DNA of 64,000 nt, taken from positions 2,046 to 66,045 of the forward strand of contig DOZJ01000003.1 in the NCBI GenBank assembly GCA_003518055.1, written 5' to 3'. The position numbers were made by a program, and so were the translations under genes. Shown in pieces: positions 1 to 10,000 of the stretch. Source of the DNA: Candidatus Falkowbacteria bacterium (lineage in GTDB: Bacteria > Patescibacteriota > Patescibacteriia > UBA11705). The stretch's first letter is position 1; the number at the start of each line of letters is the position of its first letter. The notes beneath the pieces were generated by a model that made no database searches, was not told the DNA's origin, and saw only the letters and a list, made by a program, of their open reading frames with translations.

Positions 1-242
1 GCGTGGTTCAGGGTGAATTTGGATTAGGGGTAAAAATGGATTTGATTCCGGAGAATGAGGAAGTGGCGATTGGAGATTTGGTTATAACATCTGGGTTGGA
101 GGAAAAAGTGCCAAGAGGATTGGTCATCGGGTTGATTGAAAACGTGTTTGGGTCGGATGAAGATATTTTCAAAACTGCAACCGTTAAGTTGCCTATCGAC
201 TTTACCAAACTGAATATGATCAGCGTAATTATTAAACGTTGA
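1..242 (+). CDS. mreC: Rod shape-determining protein MreC, C-terminal fragment; the gene begins upstream of the window
   Basis: Translation ...GDLVITSGLEEKVPRGLVIGLIENV... matches the conserved C-terminal region of MreC. It is followed by mreD and mrdA in canonical order. It ends with TGA at 240-242. Confidence 0.7.
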   Translation, partial: VVQGEFGLGVKMDLIPENEEVAIGDLVITSGLEEKVPRGLVIGLIENVFGSDEDIFKTATVKLPIDFTKLNMISVIIKR

Positions 243-245
243 TAT

Positions 246-779
246 ATGATGTGGAAGACCTTTAAATATTCGCTTTTGGTGCTGATGATAATCTTGTTCC
301 AGGTTTCAGTTTTGCCCTTGATGGGGGATTGGATTCAATCGGTAAATATTGTTTTATTGGTTTTAATTTTGGTTTATTTGACCAAGGGGCTGCCGCTAAC
401 TTTGATGTTGGCGTTGATCCTCGGACCTATACTTGATTTATACCATATGATATTTTTCCCGGGAGTAACGATTTGTCTTATTTTGGCCCTATTGATTGTG
501 GATGCTTTTTTTTCCAAATTTTTTACCAACAAATCATTTTATTCATTTTTGTCGATGATTTTACTGGCGGTATTCTGTTATGGCACTCTACTGAGGCTGC
601 TGTTTGGTCTGCAAACAATTATTACCGCGGGGCAAAATTATCCGATCAATCAATATTTTACCGCCTTTGGTCAATTCGCAGTTGAAGTTTTGGCGGTGAA
701 TTTTATTTGCGGCACGATATTATTTATGCTTTTCTATTTTTTTAGCGATAATTTTAAGTCAGTCATCTTGCGCGATTAG
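246..779 (+). CDS. mreD: Rod shape-determining protein MreD (polytopic membrane protein)
   Basis: 177-aa highly hydrophobic multi-TM protein, positioned between mreC and PBP2 as in mreBCD-mrdA operons. Confidence 0.6.
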   Translation: MMWKTFKYSLLVLMIILFQVSVLPLMGDWIQSVNIVLLVLILVYLTKGLPLTLMLALILGPILDLYHMIFFPGVTICLILALLIVDAFFSKFFTNKSFYSFLSMILLAVFCYGTLLRLLFGLQTIITAGQNYPINQYFTAFGQFAVEVLAVNFICGTILFMLFYFFSDNFKSVILRD

Positions 780-780
780 T

Positions 781-2787
781 ATGAAAGAACGCGAGTTACA
801 AGAAGAAAGCCGGCCTCAGGAGGAATTGTTTTTCCTTGGGGATTCCGGTGTTAAGCATGGTCATTTGACCTCAAACCATGATGAATATTGGGTTGAAGAA
901 GCTTATTTGCAGGGGCAGGGAGACAATGTCCATTATTTTGGAATTAATTTATCTAAACGCCGGTTGACCTTTTTTTTAATTATATTGTTTTTTGGCGTGT
1001 TTATTCTCTTTACGAGAAGCGCGTATCTTCAAGTGATTAAAGTCGATGAGTATCTGTCCATGGCTGAAAATAATCGAATCAGGGTTTATTATTTGCAGGC
1101 GCCGCGGGGCATTATTTATGATCGAAATCAAATTGCTTTGGTCCGAAATGTAGCTAATTTCTCATTATTCATCACCCCAGTTGATTTTCCTCATGATAAG
1201 GACAAGCAAGATGAGATGAAACAAATTTTAACTCAATATTTCAACAACCCAGTGGTGACTGAAGAATTCGATAAAATACTCAGTCTAACTCCGCAGCGAA
1301 AGGAATACTACCAGCCGCACGCGGTGATCAACTCAATCGATTATGATGACGCGATAAGATTGAGATTGGCGAGTGCGGATATGGCCGGAGTGTCGGTTGG
1401 GGTGACACATCAGCGTGAATATTTGATGGCGAGCGATAATGCGCAGGACTATTGGCATAACAGTTTGGCTCATGTTTTGGGTTATGTCGGCAAGGTAAGT
1501 CAGGATGAATATGATGAATTTGGCGATGATGGTTATCTCTTTAATGATATCATCGGCAAGAGCGGTTTGGAAAAATCCTATGAAACAATTCTGAGGGGGG
1601 TCTATGGCCGGAAACAAATCGAGGTTGATTCAATGGGAAAAGAAAAAAAGATTATCGCCCAAGACGAGATCGTCAAAGGCGAAAATTTGATTTTGTCAGT
1701 TGACTACAATATGCAGACCAAACTTGAAGAATTGATTCGGGCCACATTGATAAAGGAAAATTTAACCACCGGCGTCGGTGTGGTTCAAAATCCTCAAACC
1801 GGGGAAATTTTAGCTTTGGTCTCTTTGCCGAGTTTCAATAATAATGTTTTTGTGGCCGGGATTACGGCGGAAGAATATAATATTTTGCTTCAGGATGAAA
1901 ATAAACCGTTGTTCAATCGAGCGATTAGCGGAGAATATCCGTCGGGGTCAACAATTAAACCGATGATAGCGGCTGCGGCGCTGCAAGAGGGAATAATTAC
2001 CGTGGCTACGTCATTTCTCAGTACGGGCGGAATCAGGATTTATGAATGGTTTTTTCCGGATTGGCGCGCTGGAGGTCATGGAGTAACGGATGTAAAAAAA
2101 GCCTTGGCTGATTCGGTCAATACCTTTTTTTACATTATTGGCGGCGGTTACAATGATTTTGACGGTTTGGGTAATAAAAAAATGAAACAGTATGGCGAAT
2201 TGTTCGGTTTCAATCAAAAAACCGGTATTGATTTGCCGGGAGAAAGATCGGGCTTTTTGCCGGATGAAGATTGGAAACAGCTGGTCAAAAATGAACCGTG
2301 GTACATCGGAGATACTTATCACATGGCGATCGGCCAGGGCGATGTTTTGGCCACGCCGCTGCAAATTGCCAATTACACTTCGGCTATTGCTAACGGGGGA
2401 ACCCTGTACCGGCCGCGATTAATACATTCATTGATGAAAACCGAGACCGGCGATATTCAAGAAGTGCTGCCGCAAATAATCAGAACCGGTTTTATCGATC
2501 AGAAAAATTTGGACATTGTAAAACAAGGAATGCGGCAGTCGGTGATGATCGGCAGTTCGCGTTCTCTGAGCAATTTGCCCATTCCTGCCGCTGGAAAAAC
2601 CGGCACAGCCCAATGGGGTGGGGAAGATGATGTGCCGCACGCCTGGTTTACCTCGTTCGCGCCATATGACAATCCGGAGTTAACAGTGACAATATTAATT
2701 GAAGAAGGAAAAGAAGGCAGCGAAACAGCCGCCCCAATCGCCAGAGACTTTTATTCATGGTATTATAGTGAATATATAAACCGTTAA
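781..2787 (+). CDS. mrdA: Penicillin-binding protein 2 (elongasome transpeptidase)
   Basis: 668 aa with an N-terminal TM anchor and a PBP dimerisation region. Transpeptidase motifs are present: active-site S-x-x-K in ...YPSGSTIKPMIAAAAL... and a downstream K-T-G in ...AAGKTGTAQW... Confidence 0.85.
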   Translation: MKERELQEESRPQEELFFLGDSGVKHGHLTSNHDEYWVEEAYLQGQGDNVHYFGINLSKRRLTFFLIILFFGVFILFTRSAYLQVIKVDEYLSMAENNRIRVYYLQAPRGIIYDRNQIALVRNVANFSLFITPVDFPHDKDKQDEMKQILTQYFNNPVVTEEFDKILSLTPQRKEYYQPHAVINSIDYDDAIRLRLASADMAGVSVGVTHQREYLMASDNAQDYWHNSLAHVLGYVGKVSQDEYDEFGDDGYLFNDIIGKSGLEKSYETILRGVYGRKQIEVDSMGKEKKIIAQDEIVKGENLILSVDYNMQTKLEELIRATLIKENLTTGVGVVQNPQTGEILALVSLPSFNNNVFVAGITAEEYNILLQDENKPLFNRAISGEYPSGSTIKPMIAAAALQEGIITVATSFLSTGGIRIYEWFFPDWRAGGHGVTDVKKALADSVNTFFYIIGGGYNDFDGLGNKKMKQYGELFGFNQKTGIDLPGERSGFLPDEDWKQLVKNEPWYIGDTYHMAIGQGDVLATPLQIANYTSAIANGGTLYRPRLIHSLMKTETGDIQEVLPQIIRTGFIDQKNLDIVKQGMRQSVMIGSSRSLSNLPIPAAGKTGTAQWGGEDDVPHAWFTSFAPYDNPELTVTILIEEGKEGSETAAPIARDFYSWYYSEYINR

Positions 2788-3001
2788 ATTTTGGTGAGAT
2801 TTTTGAAAAATAATAATTAATAGTTATATGCAGTTTGATTTTTTTCAAATAATCAAGTATAATATATCTTGTTATAACCACCTGAAAAGATGTGTGTGAA
2901 CAGGCGGTTTTTTAATTAACTACAAATTACGAATCGGCTACAAATTTACAAGTTTTAATTTGTTGATTGGTAGTGAATCAGATTGTCGTAGAAAATTGTG
3001 T

Positions 3002-3460
3002 ATGAATGGAAAAATTTTGACACCGGAGGGTTTGGAAAAATTAAAAGCTGAACTCAAGGAATTGAAAGAAGTAAAATTGCCGGACATCATCGACAAAATT
3101 GAGAAGGCCAAAGAAATGGGCGATTTGTCCGAAAATGCCGAATACCACGATGCTAAGGACCAACAGGGTTTGATCAATGCCAGAATTGTTGAAATTGAGA
3201 ATATCTTGAAGATGGCAGTGGTGGAGGAAGCCACCAGCGGAGACCGAATCGGTGTCGGGTCAAGATTTACGGCCGAAGATGACCGCGGTAAACGCCAGGA
3301 TTTCACCATTGTCGGCTATAATGAAGCTGATCCGACTGCCGGCAAAATTTCCAATGAATCGCCAATGGGCGACGCGTTTATGGGGCGGCAGGCCGGAGAC
3401 TCGGTTGAGGTTGATGCACCAAAGGGTACCATAACGTTTAAAATTATTGATGTAAAGTAA
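3002..3460 (+). CDS. greA: Transcription elongation factor GreA
   Basis: MNGKILTPEGLEKLKAELKELKEV...GDLSENAEYHDAKDQQGLINARIVEIE is a typical GreA N-terminal coiled-coil, followed by an FKBP-like C-terminal domain. The ATG at 3002 was chosen within the longer ORF 2960-3460. Confidence 0.85.
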   Translation: MNGKILTPEGLEKLKAELKELKEVKLPDIIDKIEKAKEMGDLSENAEYHDAKDQQGLINARIVEIENILKMAVVEEATSGDRIGVGSRFTAEDDRGKRQDFTIVGYNEADPTAGKISNESPMGDAFMGRQAGDSVEVDAPKGTITFKIIDVK

Positions 3461-3463
3461 AGA

Positions 3464-3494
3464 ATCGGCCTCACGGCCGGTTTTTTGTTTTTTT
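3464..3494 (+). terminator. Rho-independent terminator after greA
   Basis: cggcc-tcac-ggccg hairpin followed by a T tract (ttttttgtttttttg). Confidence 0.7.
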
Positions 3495-3543
3495 GATATT
3501 TTTGTAGTAGGATAATATTATTACCGCCAGATGGAGGTGGGGG

Positions 3544-3819
3544 ATGAAGAACGAAAAAATATTGGATGTTTTGGACCATTATGAACGGTTTTTAACTGAT
3601 AATGATGTTGAGACGCTCAAAGCATCCAAATTAGATTTCTCACAGTCCCGACAATCAACTTTGGGGCATTGTCTTGATCTGATTTTACGAATTCGTCAGC
3701 TATTAACGATAGATAGAGATGAAGCATTGATTAGGTTTGGTTTTTTGCAAGGAGTTTTTTGGATAATGGGCATAAAAACCATTTATCAGCTGCAAGTTGA
3801 CAACGGTCAATTTGACTAG
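3544..3819 (+). CDS. Hypothetical 91-aa protein
   Basis: ORF preceded by gatggaggtgggggATG (GGAGG RBS). A hairpin plus T-run terminator follows at 3819-3846. Confidence 0.5.
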   Translation: MKNEKILDVLDHYERFLTDNDVETLKASKLDFSQSRQSTLGHCLDLILRIRQLLTIDRDEALIRFGFLQGVFWIMGIKTIYQLQVDNGQFD

Positions 3820-3881
3820 GCCGCGTTAAAAGCGGCTTTTTTGTTAGACTTAATTTATGAGTTGATATGGTTGAGTGATTT

Positions 3882-3910
3882 TTGACTTTTAGCTCAAAAT
3901 TGAGTAGAAT
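3882..3910 (+). promoter_or_regulatory. Sigma70-type promoter upstream of the radical-SAM gene
   Basis: TTGACT (3882-3887), 17-nt spacer, TAGAAT (3905-3910). A ~150-nt leader follows before the ATG at 4067. Confidence 0.5.
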
Positions 3911-4066
3911 TTACTTATAATATTATAAAAATATGCACGCAGGGATAACGATGAATCAGGCAAGAGAGATAAAGAATGCGAATTGATTGGATTAACGCTT
4001 GATGAATTTATTGAGTTGTCATTGAAGTCTTTAACAGAAATTTCTAATGAGTTGGGGTTATAGTTT

Positions 4067-5500
4067 ATGAAAATATTATTAATTCAGCCGCCCAATCAAT
4101 ACGAGGGACACAGCCGCGGCACCGCTTTCTTCCCAATAGGTCTCGGATATGTAGCCGGAGCGCTGCTCGAAGCTGGCCATGAAGTCCAGATTTTCGATAT
4201 CAATGCGTATGATTATTCTAAAACGGAAGTGCTTAGTCGATTGAATGAATTCCAATTTGACGTGATTGGGATCAGTGCCATGAGCACACAGTACAATTAT
4301 GTAAAATGGCTCGCAGCTGAAATAAAAAAGCAAAGGCCTGATATCAAGATAATTTTAGGCTGGGTTTTGGCCAGCTATAATTATCCGGAGGTTTTGAATC
4401 ACACAGCAGTTGATATCTGCGTTATTGGCGAGGGTGAAAATACCATCAAAGAATTGATGTCCAATTTTGATAACTTGAATATTGTTGACGGTATTGCTTA
4501 TAGAGAAGCCGGTAAAATCACAGTTAATAATAATCGGCGATATATAGAAAATTTAAGCCAAACACCGCGAGTGCCATATGAATTATTTCCTATGGAAATA
4601 TACATTGGGATGATCAATGTGATCGGTGTCAAACAAAAAAAACGGACGATCAATATCAGCACCGGCCGTGGCTGTCCGTTCAACTGTCATTTCTGTTCCA
4701 AATCATTTTCCGGCGTAAGGCTGCGGAGTATTGATGAGGTAATGTCGGAAATTGCCGAATTAAAGCAACAGTATCAAATCGAAGGCGTGTTTTTTACTGA
4801 TGAATGTTTGGTCTTTAGCCGGCCGAGAATTCTTGATTTATGCTCCAAAATTAAACCGCTTAATTTGGTTTGGAGTTGTCAGGGACGGGTAAATTTGGTT
4901 GACAAGGAATTGTTGACTGTAATGAAAGAGGCCGGCTGTCGAGCGGTCGGCTACGGTGTCGAGTCCGGCAGTCAGGAGATCTTGCGGGCCATGAATAAGA
5001 ACACTTTGGTTAAACAGGCGGTCGAAGCGATAAAGATGACCGATGAGGTCGGGCTGGAGCCGATTATTCAAATGATGTTTGGCTACCCGGGTGAAAATGA
5101 AAAAACGTTGCAGGAGACGGTCGATTTCTTTACCGCGATTGACCATCCGGGGACTGAGCTTTGCCCCACGACCCCTTTGCCCGGCACATATCTGTGGCAA
5201 TGGTGCAAGGAAAAGGGCTTGATTACCGATGAGAAAGAAGCATTGGAAAAATTAGAAAGTGGCTATATGCCGGACGCGGTAGATGGGTTTCAGATAAATT
5301 TTACGGATTTTCCGGCGGATAAATTACGAGAGGTAAGGTTAGCGGCTGAGGCGCAAATAAGACGCAATTATATCCGGCGGCACCCAATAAAAAGTACGAT
5401 TATGTTTGTGGATAAGGTATTTCGATTTATCAAGCGATTCGGAATTAAGAAAACCATAAAAAAAATCAGTCAAAAGTTAAAGTTAACGCGAGCTGTCTAG
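4067..5500 (+). CDS. B12-binding domain radical SAM protein
   Basis: N-terminal B12-binding-like domain (MKILLIQPP...) followed by the radical SAM CxxxCxxC motif GRGCPFNCHFCS. 477 aa. Confidence 0.75.
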   Translation: MKILLIQPPNQYEGHSRGTAFFPIGLGYVAGALLEAGHEVQIFDINAYDYSKTEVLSRLNEFQFDVIGISAMSTQYNYVKWLAAEIKKQRPDIKIILGWVLASYNYPEVLNHTAVDICVIGEGENTIKELMSNFDNLNIVDGIAYREAGKITVNNNRRYIENLSQTPRVPYELFPMEIYIGMINVIGVKQKKRTINISTGRGCPFNCHFCSKSFSGVRLRSIDEVMSEIAELKQQYQIEGVFFTDECLVFSRPRILDLCSKIKPLNLVWSCQGRVNLVDKELLTVMKEAGCRAVGYGVESGSQEILRAMNKNTLVKQAVEAIKMTDEVGLEPIIQMMFGYPGENEKTLQETVDFFTAIDHPGTELCPTTPLPGTYLWQWCKEKGLITDEKEALEKLESGYMPDAVDGFQINFTDFPADKLREVRLAAEAQIRRNYIRRHPIKSTIMFVDKVFRFIKRFGIKKTIKKISQKLKLTRAV

Positions 5501-5558
5501 GGTGAACGCAGGAAAAATATCTTTTGTTGCGAATATAAATTACAATTCATGAAAATAT

Positions 5559-7040
5559 ATGGCAGACCAAAACAATGATGAAACAATTCGAAGTGAAAAA
5601 ATGAACCGTTTGATTGAGGCTGGAATTCATCCATATCCGGAAAAATTTGATAAACAAAATTTGCTCGCCGAGTGTTCAGCGTTAAAAGAAAGCTCCGGCG
5701 TGAAAACGGCCGGTCGCCTGATTATGTTCCGCGATATGGGCAAGATCACTTTTGGTCATTTGCAGGATGAAAGCGGAAAATTCCAAATAGTGCTCAAAAA
5801 GGACGAGGTTGGTGATGACCAATACAAACTGTTCACCAAAAATATTGATTTGGGTGATTTTGTCGGTGTTGAGGGGGAAATATTTACCACCAAAGCCGGA
5901 GAATTGTCGATCATGGTCAAAAAATGGACATTTTTGGGCAAGGCGCTGTTGCCGCTGCCGGAAAAATGGCACGGATTAAAAGACCGTGGGGTGGCTTATC
6001 GTCAGCGATATTTGGATTTGATCGCTAACCCGGAAACAATGGATCGATTTAAGTTTCGAAGTGATTTTATCAAAGCATTGCGGCAGTTTTATTGGTCCCG
6101 CGGCTTTAGAGAGGTCGAAACTCAGACATTGCTTCATAGCGCCACCGGCGCGCATGCCACACCATACAAAACGCATAATAACGCGCTTGATATTGATGTC
6201 TATTTACGTATTTCGCATGAATTGCCGCTCAAGGAATTAATTGTCGGCGGGTTTGATAAAGTGTTTGAACTCGGCAAGGCGTTTCGTAATGAGGGTCATG
6301 ATCCGTCGCATTTACCGGAGCATACGCATTTGGAGCATTACGCGGCTTATTGGAATTTTGAAGATAATATGAAGTTTACGGAAGATATGATCGACTACCT
6401 GTTTGAAACATTGAAGTTGCCAAGGCAATTAACCATCAGAGACCGAGATGGCCGGGAGAAAAAGGTAGATTTCAGCACCCCATTTGAAAAAATTAATTAC
6501 GTGGAATTGATCAAGAAAGATTCCGGTATTGATATTACCAAAGTTAGAGACCGTGACGAACTGATAAAGGCGATTAAAAAACAAAAGCTGGAGATTGAAG
6601 GTATGGATGAAATGGGATTCGCCAGTTTGGTTGATAATCTCTACAAGAAAATTTCTCGGCCCAAGATTGTTGGCCCGGCGTTTTTGTATTATTATCCGAT
6701 TGAATTGCAGCCTTTGGCGCGGCGGAATGATGGCGATAATAATATTGTCGATCAGTTTCAATTGGTTATCAACGGCTGGGAAATTATCAAGGCATATTCA
6801 GAGTTGGTGGATCCGATTGATCAGGATAATCGGTTCAAAGAACAAGCTGAGCTCAAAGAATCGGGAGATGAGGAAACCATGGAAGGCGATCCGGACTATA
6901 TCACGGCCATGAAACATGGGATGCCGCCGATTTCCGGTTGGGGGATGGGCGTTGACCGTATGCTGACGATTTTGACCGGACAGGAAAATCTTCGCGATGT
7001 GGTGTTGTTTCCATTGATGCGTCCAAAGGATAAAGAATAA
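5559..7040 (+). CDS. lysS: Lysine--tRNA ligase (class II)
   Basis: N-terminal OB anticodon-binding domain; class II motifs FRNEGxD...EFxxxExY-like (FRNEGHDPSHLPEHTHLEHYAAYW); C-terminal GMPPISGWGMGVDRMLTILTG...DVVLFP. Confidence 0.85.
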   Translation: MADQNNDETIRSEKMNRLIEAGIHPYPEKFDKQNLLAECSALKESSGVKTAGRLIMFRDMGKITFGHLQDESGKFQIVLKKDEVGDDQYKLFTKNIDLGDFVGVEGEIFTTKAGELSIMVKKWTFLGKALLPLPEKWHGLKDRGVAYRQRYLDLIANPETMDRFKFRSDFIKALRQFYWSRGFREVETQTLLHSATGAHATPYKTHNNALDIDVYLRISHELPLKELIVGGFDKVFELGKAFRNEGHDPSHLPEHTHLEHYAAYWNFEDNMKFTEDMIDYLFETLKLPRQLTIRDRDGREKKVDFSTPFEKINYVELIKKDSGIDITKVRDRDELIKAIKKQKLEIEGMDEMGFASLVDNLYKKISRPKIVGPAFLYYYPIELQPLARRNDGDNNIVDQFQLVINGWEIIKAYSELVDPIDQDNRFKEQAELKESGDEETMEGDPDYITAMKHGMPPISGWGMGVDRMLTILTGQENLRDVVLFPLMRPKDKE

Positions 7041-7061
7041 TCTAATTAACATTACTATAAT

Positions 7062-7469
7062 ATGAAAGAAATTTTTGAAACCCCAAAAACCGGCAGTGAA
7101 AAACCAGAACAAGAAAAGCCGGCTTTGATAGAAAGATCAAAGCAAGGGAAGGTGGAAAGAAACGCTGAAGATACCAAAAGGGGGCTCCAAGATATAGAAC
7201 GGCTGCGAGAGGAGCTACTTCAGATAATTGGAACCGATAGCTTGAGACGTAAACAAAATGCAACAAGACATGAGGGACGTGATACGAAACGGGAAAGTAA
7301 ACCGATTGGTTCATTCAAGATGTTGAGAAATTTATGGAAAGTGACGCCGCCGGAGGCCAAGACCATTTTGCTCGGCGAATTTTTGTTTAATCCGAATCGG
7401 TTGCGCGAGAGATATGAAGCGGAAAAGGATTTTCAGCAAAATATGGGCGCCCGGTGGAAAAAAGAATAA
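7062..7469 (+). CDS. Hypothetical 135-aa basic protein; intact member of a local paralog pair
   Basis: The C-terminal block WKVTPPEAKTILLGEFLFNPNRLRERYEAEKDFQQNMGARWKKE is repeated, disrupted, at 9775-9921. Confidence 0.5.
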   Translation: MKEIFETPKTGSEKPEQEKPALIERSKQGKVERNAEDTKRGLQDIERLREELLQIIGTDSLRRKQNATRHEGRDTKRESKPIGSFKMLRNLWKVTPPEAKTILLGEFLFNPNRLRERYEAEKDFQQNMGARWKKE

Positions 7470-7477
7470 AACTGAAA

Positions 7478-7740
7478 ATAAAGTGTCATACTACCCGCCT
7501 ACGTTACACCCTCAGCATGACAAGAGGGTTATGCTTCCCGCCTACGTTAAAACTCCGGCGGGCAGGCGAGAGCCCTGCCTACCGGCAGGCAGGCTCAGCA
7601 TGACAAGGAATTTGGGATTATGCTTCAAGAGCCTTAGTATGACAAGGAGTTTTGGGATTATATTTTCCGCCTACGTTAAAACTCCGGCGGGCCGGCAGCC
7701 TCGGTATGACAAAACGAGAAACTCCAGATAACAAAAATCG
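7478..7740. repeat. Intergenic palindromic repeat cluster
   Basis: Two copies of cccgcctacgttaaaactccggcgggc (7536-7565 and 7666-7695). Inverted copy of the gcctgccggtaggcagg palindrome seen at 18740 and 45470. Several catgacaag units. Small ORFs called here (7414-7731, 7618-7818, 7652-7849) are probably spurious. Confidence 0.6.
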
Positions 7741-7811
7741 GAATGATTCAAAAAAAAGGAAAGTAAAAATAAACAAGGTCATTAAACAAAACAAATATCC
7801 CCCAAGAATGG

Positions 7812-9464
7812 TTGGCAACTTCAGACCCAGACAACCAACAAACAGCTGAAAGTCAATCTCCGGAAAAACAAAGAATTGAAGCTCAAAAGCGGGAAGTGAT
7901 AACTCGTGTCGAGCAGTTTTTGGATAAATATTTAACCGGTGAGTGTTCAGAATTTATGGCCGATTCTGATGTTGATTCTATTTTTGATTGCATAGAAGTC
8001 GGGAGTTGGGGTGTCTCATCGAGGGAGTATTATCATTTTGAAAATGATGATGGTGAAGAACAGGAAACTCGGGAAGATGTGGCGCGGCAAAATTTAATCA
8101 AATTGGACAATCTAAGACGAATTGCCAAAAGATTAATCGACGCGGCTGATGATATTGAAATTACGAATGACGGTGTTAATTCTGTTGAATTTAAAATAAC
8201 AATGCCATTCACTGTTTTTGCGTCAAAATATCGTTCTCGTTTGGTGGAGATAAAAGCAGCAACCATCTCGGCCGATAAATTGAAGATCCAGATCAACGGA
8301 GGAAGCGGCGGTAAACTTTATTATAACGATCGTCAAGCTGACAATTGGGATAAAACGGGAAAGGAATGGGTGATAATAGATGATTTGACGGACAAGGTGC
8401 GATCGGGGGAACTCGAGCCGGCGGCGGCTGAAGAATTAGAATCCAACCATTTGTTCATGGATTTGTCACGTTTTGATCGAGAAAAGGTTTACGCGCAGAT
8501 TCTAACTAAATACGCTCAACTTTTGGAGGCGGAAACGAAGCTTACTGATGAATTGTCATCATTACGTAGATTGTATCAGGTGGCGCTTGATTATGGCGCG
8601 AAGTCTTTGGTTAAGGAAGTCTTGGTTCAAGCCACGCAGGGAGATGATGAGTTAATAAAAAATCGGCGGTGGATTCGCCGGTATCACGGCAACAAAACCT
8701 TGGCCCAGTTGAATGAATTTATTAAAGATAAACCAAAAAAATTGACGGAAATGGACGCGGAGCGCTGGCGGCTACACCGTTTCATCGAGCGGTTCGCGTT
8801 TTTATATCAATTTGGCCGGAATAAGATTGATGTGAAATATGATCTGGAAGCGCGATATAATCAGATTCATAATGAATCGATCAATATTGATGGCAAGATT
8901 TATTTGAATATTACAGACGACAGTTATACGATTTATTTTGGCGCCGGCGGATTTACTTCAGTTCGTTGGGATTCTCTAGTTCCAGCGCCGATTCCCGGTT
9001 ATAACAGTTATATCGCGGAGGGAAATTCATTTGACGATGATAAGCAGATTGCTGATGAATGTAGTCAAAAATTACGAGGAAAATTTATTGATACTGATAT
9101 AGTGAATCAGATCGGGGTCCACGGATCCACTCACGAAAAATGGGTGGATAGTGACATTAGAATTGCCAGAAAAGATATTATAAATTGGTGTAAAGAAAAT
9201 GAGCTTGATGAACGTGAAGCGATTGACATGATTGCGGCCATATTCAAAAAGACGGTTGAACAAGCGCGGATCAAGGGGATAACAAAAAGCGTTGCAGCCA
9301 AACAAAATAACTTACAACCACCAATTGAAGAAAAATCGCAATTAGACGAATCGAGCGATGAACCACTGGAAGTTCCTCGATCAAATGAGCCGCGATTTGC
9401 TGCTAGTATTGGAGATTTGATTAAACAAAAAAAACCGCAAAAGTCCGGACAGCAAAAGAAATAA
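7812..9464 (+). CDS. Hypothetical 550-aa acidic protein; start uncertain (TTG at 7812, first in-frame ATG at 7956)
   Basis: Long uninterrupted ORF with no recognisable motif. It lies between the two paralogous small ORFs. Confidence 0.45.
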   Translation: MATSDPDNQQTAESQSPEKQRIEAQKREVITRVEQFLDKYLTGECSEFMADSDVDSIFDCIEVGSWGVSSREYYHFENDDGEEQETREDVARQNLIKLDNLRRIAKRLIDAADDIEITNDGVNSVEFKITMPFTVFASKYRSRLVEIKAATISADKLKIQINGGSGGKLYYNDRQADNWDKTGKEWVIIDDLTDKVRSGELEPAAAEELESNHLFMDLSRFDREKVYAQILTKYAQLLEAETKLTDELSSLRRLYQVALDYGAKSLVKEVLVQATQGDDELIKNRRWIRRYHGNKTLAQLNEFIKDKPKKLTEMDAERWRLHRFIERFAFLYQFGRNKIDVKYDLEARYNQIHNESINIDGKIYLNITDDSYTIYFGAGGFTSVRWDSLVPAPIPGYNSYIAEGNSFDDDKQIADECSQKLRGKFIDTDIVNQIGVHGSTHEKWVDSDIRIARKDIINWCKENELDEREAIDMIAAIFKKTVEQARIKGITKSVAAKQNNLQPPIEEKSQLDESSDEPLEVPRSNEPRFAASIGDLIKQKKPQKSGQQKK

Positions 9465-9553
9465 ATGTTAATCAAACAAATTTTATCCTGAATATTAAAT
9501 AAATTAAATGTATGTGTCCATTTGAGAGACCGGCGTAAAAACCTGAGAGTGCT

Positions 9554-9921
9554 GTGAGTGAAAAAGAAGTGTCTGCGCCAATTGCGGCGGAGATTTCATC
9601 TGAACAGAGTGTTGATCGATCAACTGACAAGGGAATAGAGGATATTGAAGCTCTGAGGGCGGATTTGCATCGTCTTTTCGCCAGTCGCCAAAAAAACGTG
9701 GCTAGAAAGCGACAACTTGCTGCTCAGACGGAATCGACCGCGCGCCGGAACATAAAGAACCGGGTTCATGGCAAATGATACGGTCGCTATGGAAGGTGGC
9801 TCCGCCTGACGCCAAGATGGCTCTGCTTGGTGAATTTTTGTTCAATCCTCGCGCGCTTCGCGAATGATATGAAAATGAACAGAATTTTCAGGAGAAAATG
9901 AAAAGACGGTGGACTGAATAA
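9554..9921 (+). pseudogene. Disrupted paralog of the 7062-7469 gene
   Basis: Same domain order as 7062-7469 but broken by a frame shift at the ATGA overlap (9775-9778) and an in-frame TGA at 9865-9867. The intact copy has AGA (Arg) at the TGA position. The conserved block resumes as YENEQNFQEKMKRRWTE. Confidence 0.55.
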
Positions 9922-10000
9922 AATTCAAATGGGGATAACTGCTTGACGAAAATTTCAGATTTGATAAAGTTTATTAGTAATTATTACCAATAGAGATCCT

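Noticed and set aside
7414-7849. Small ORFs (7414-7731, 7618-7818 minus, 7652-7849) inside the 7478-7740 spacer.
   Set aside because: They are translated from palindromic repeat DNA, lack RBSs, and have low-complexity products. They were treated as non-coding repeat sequence.
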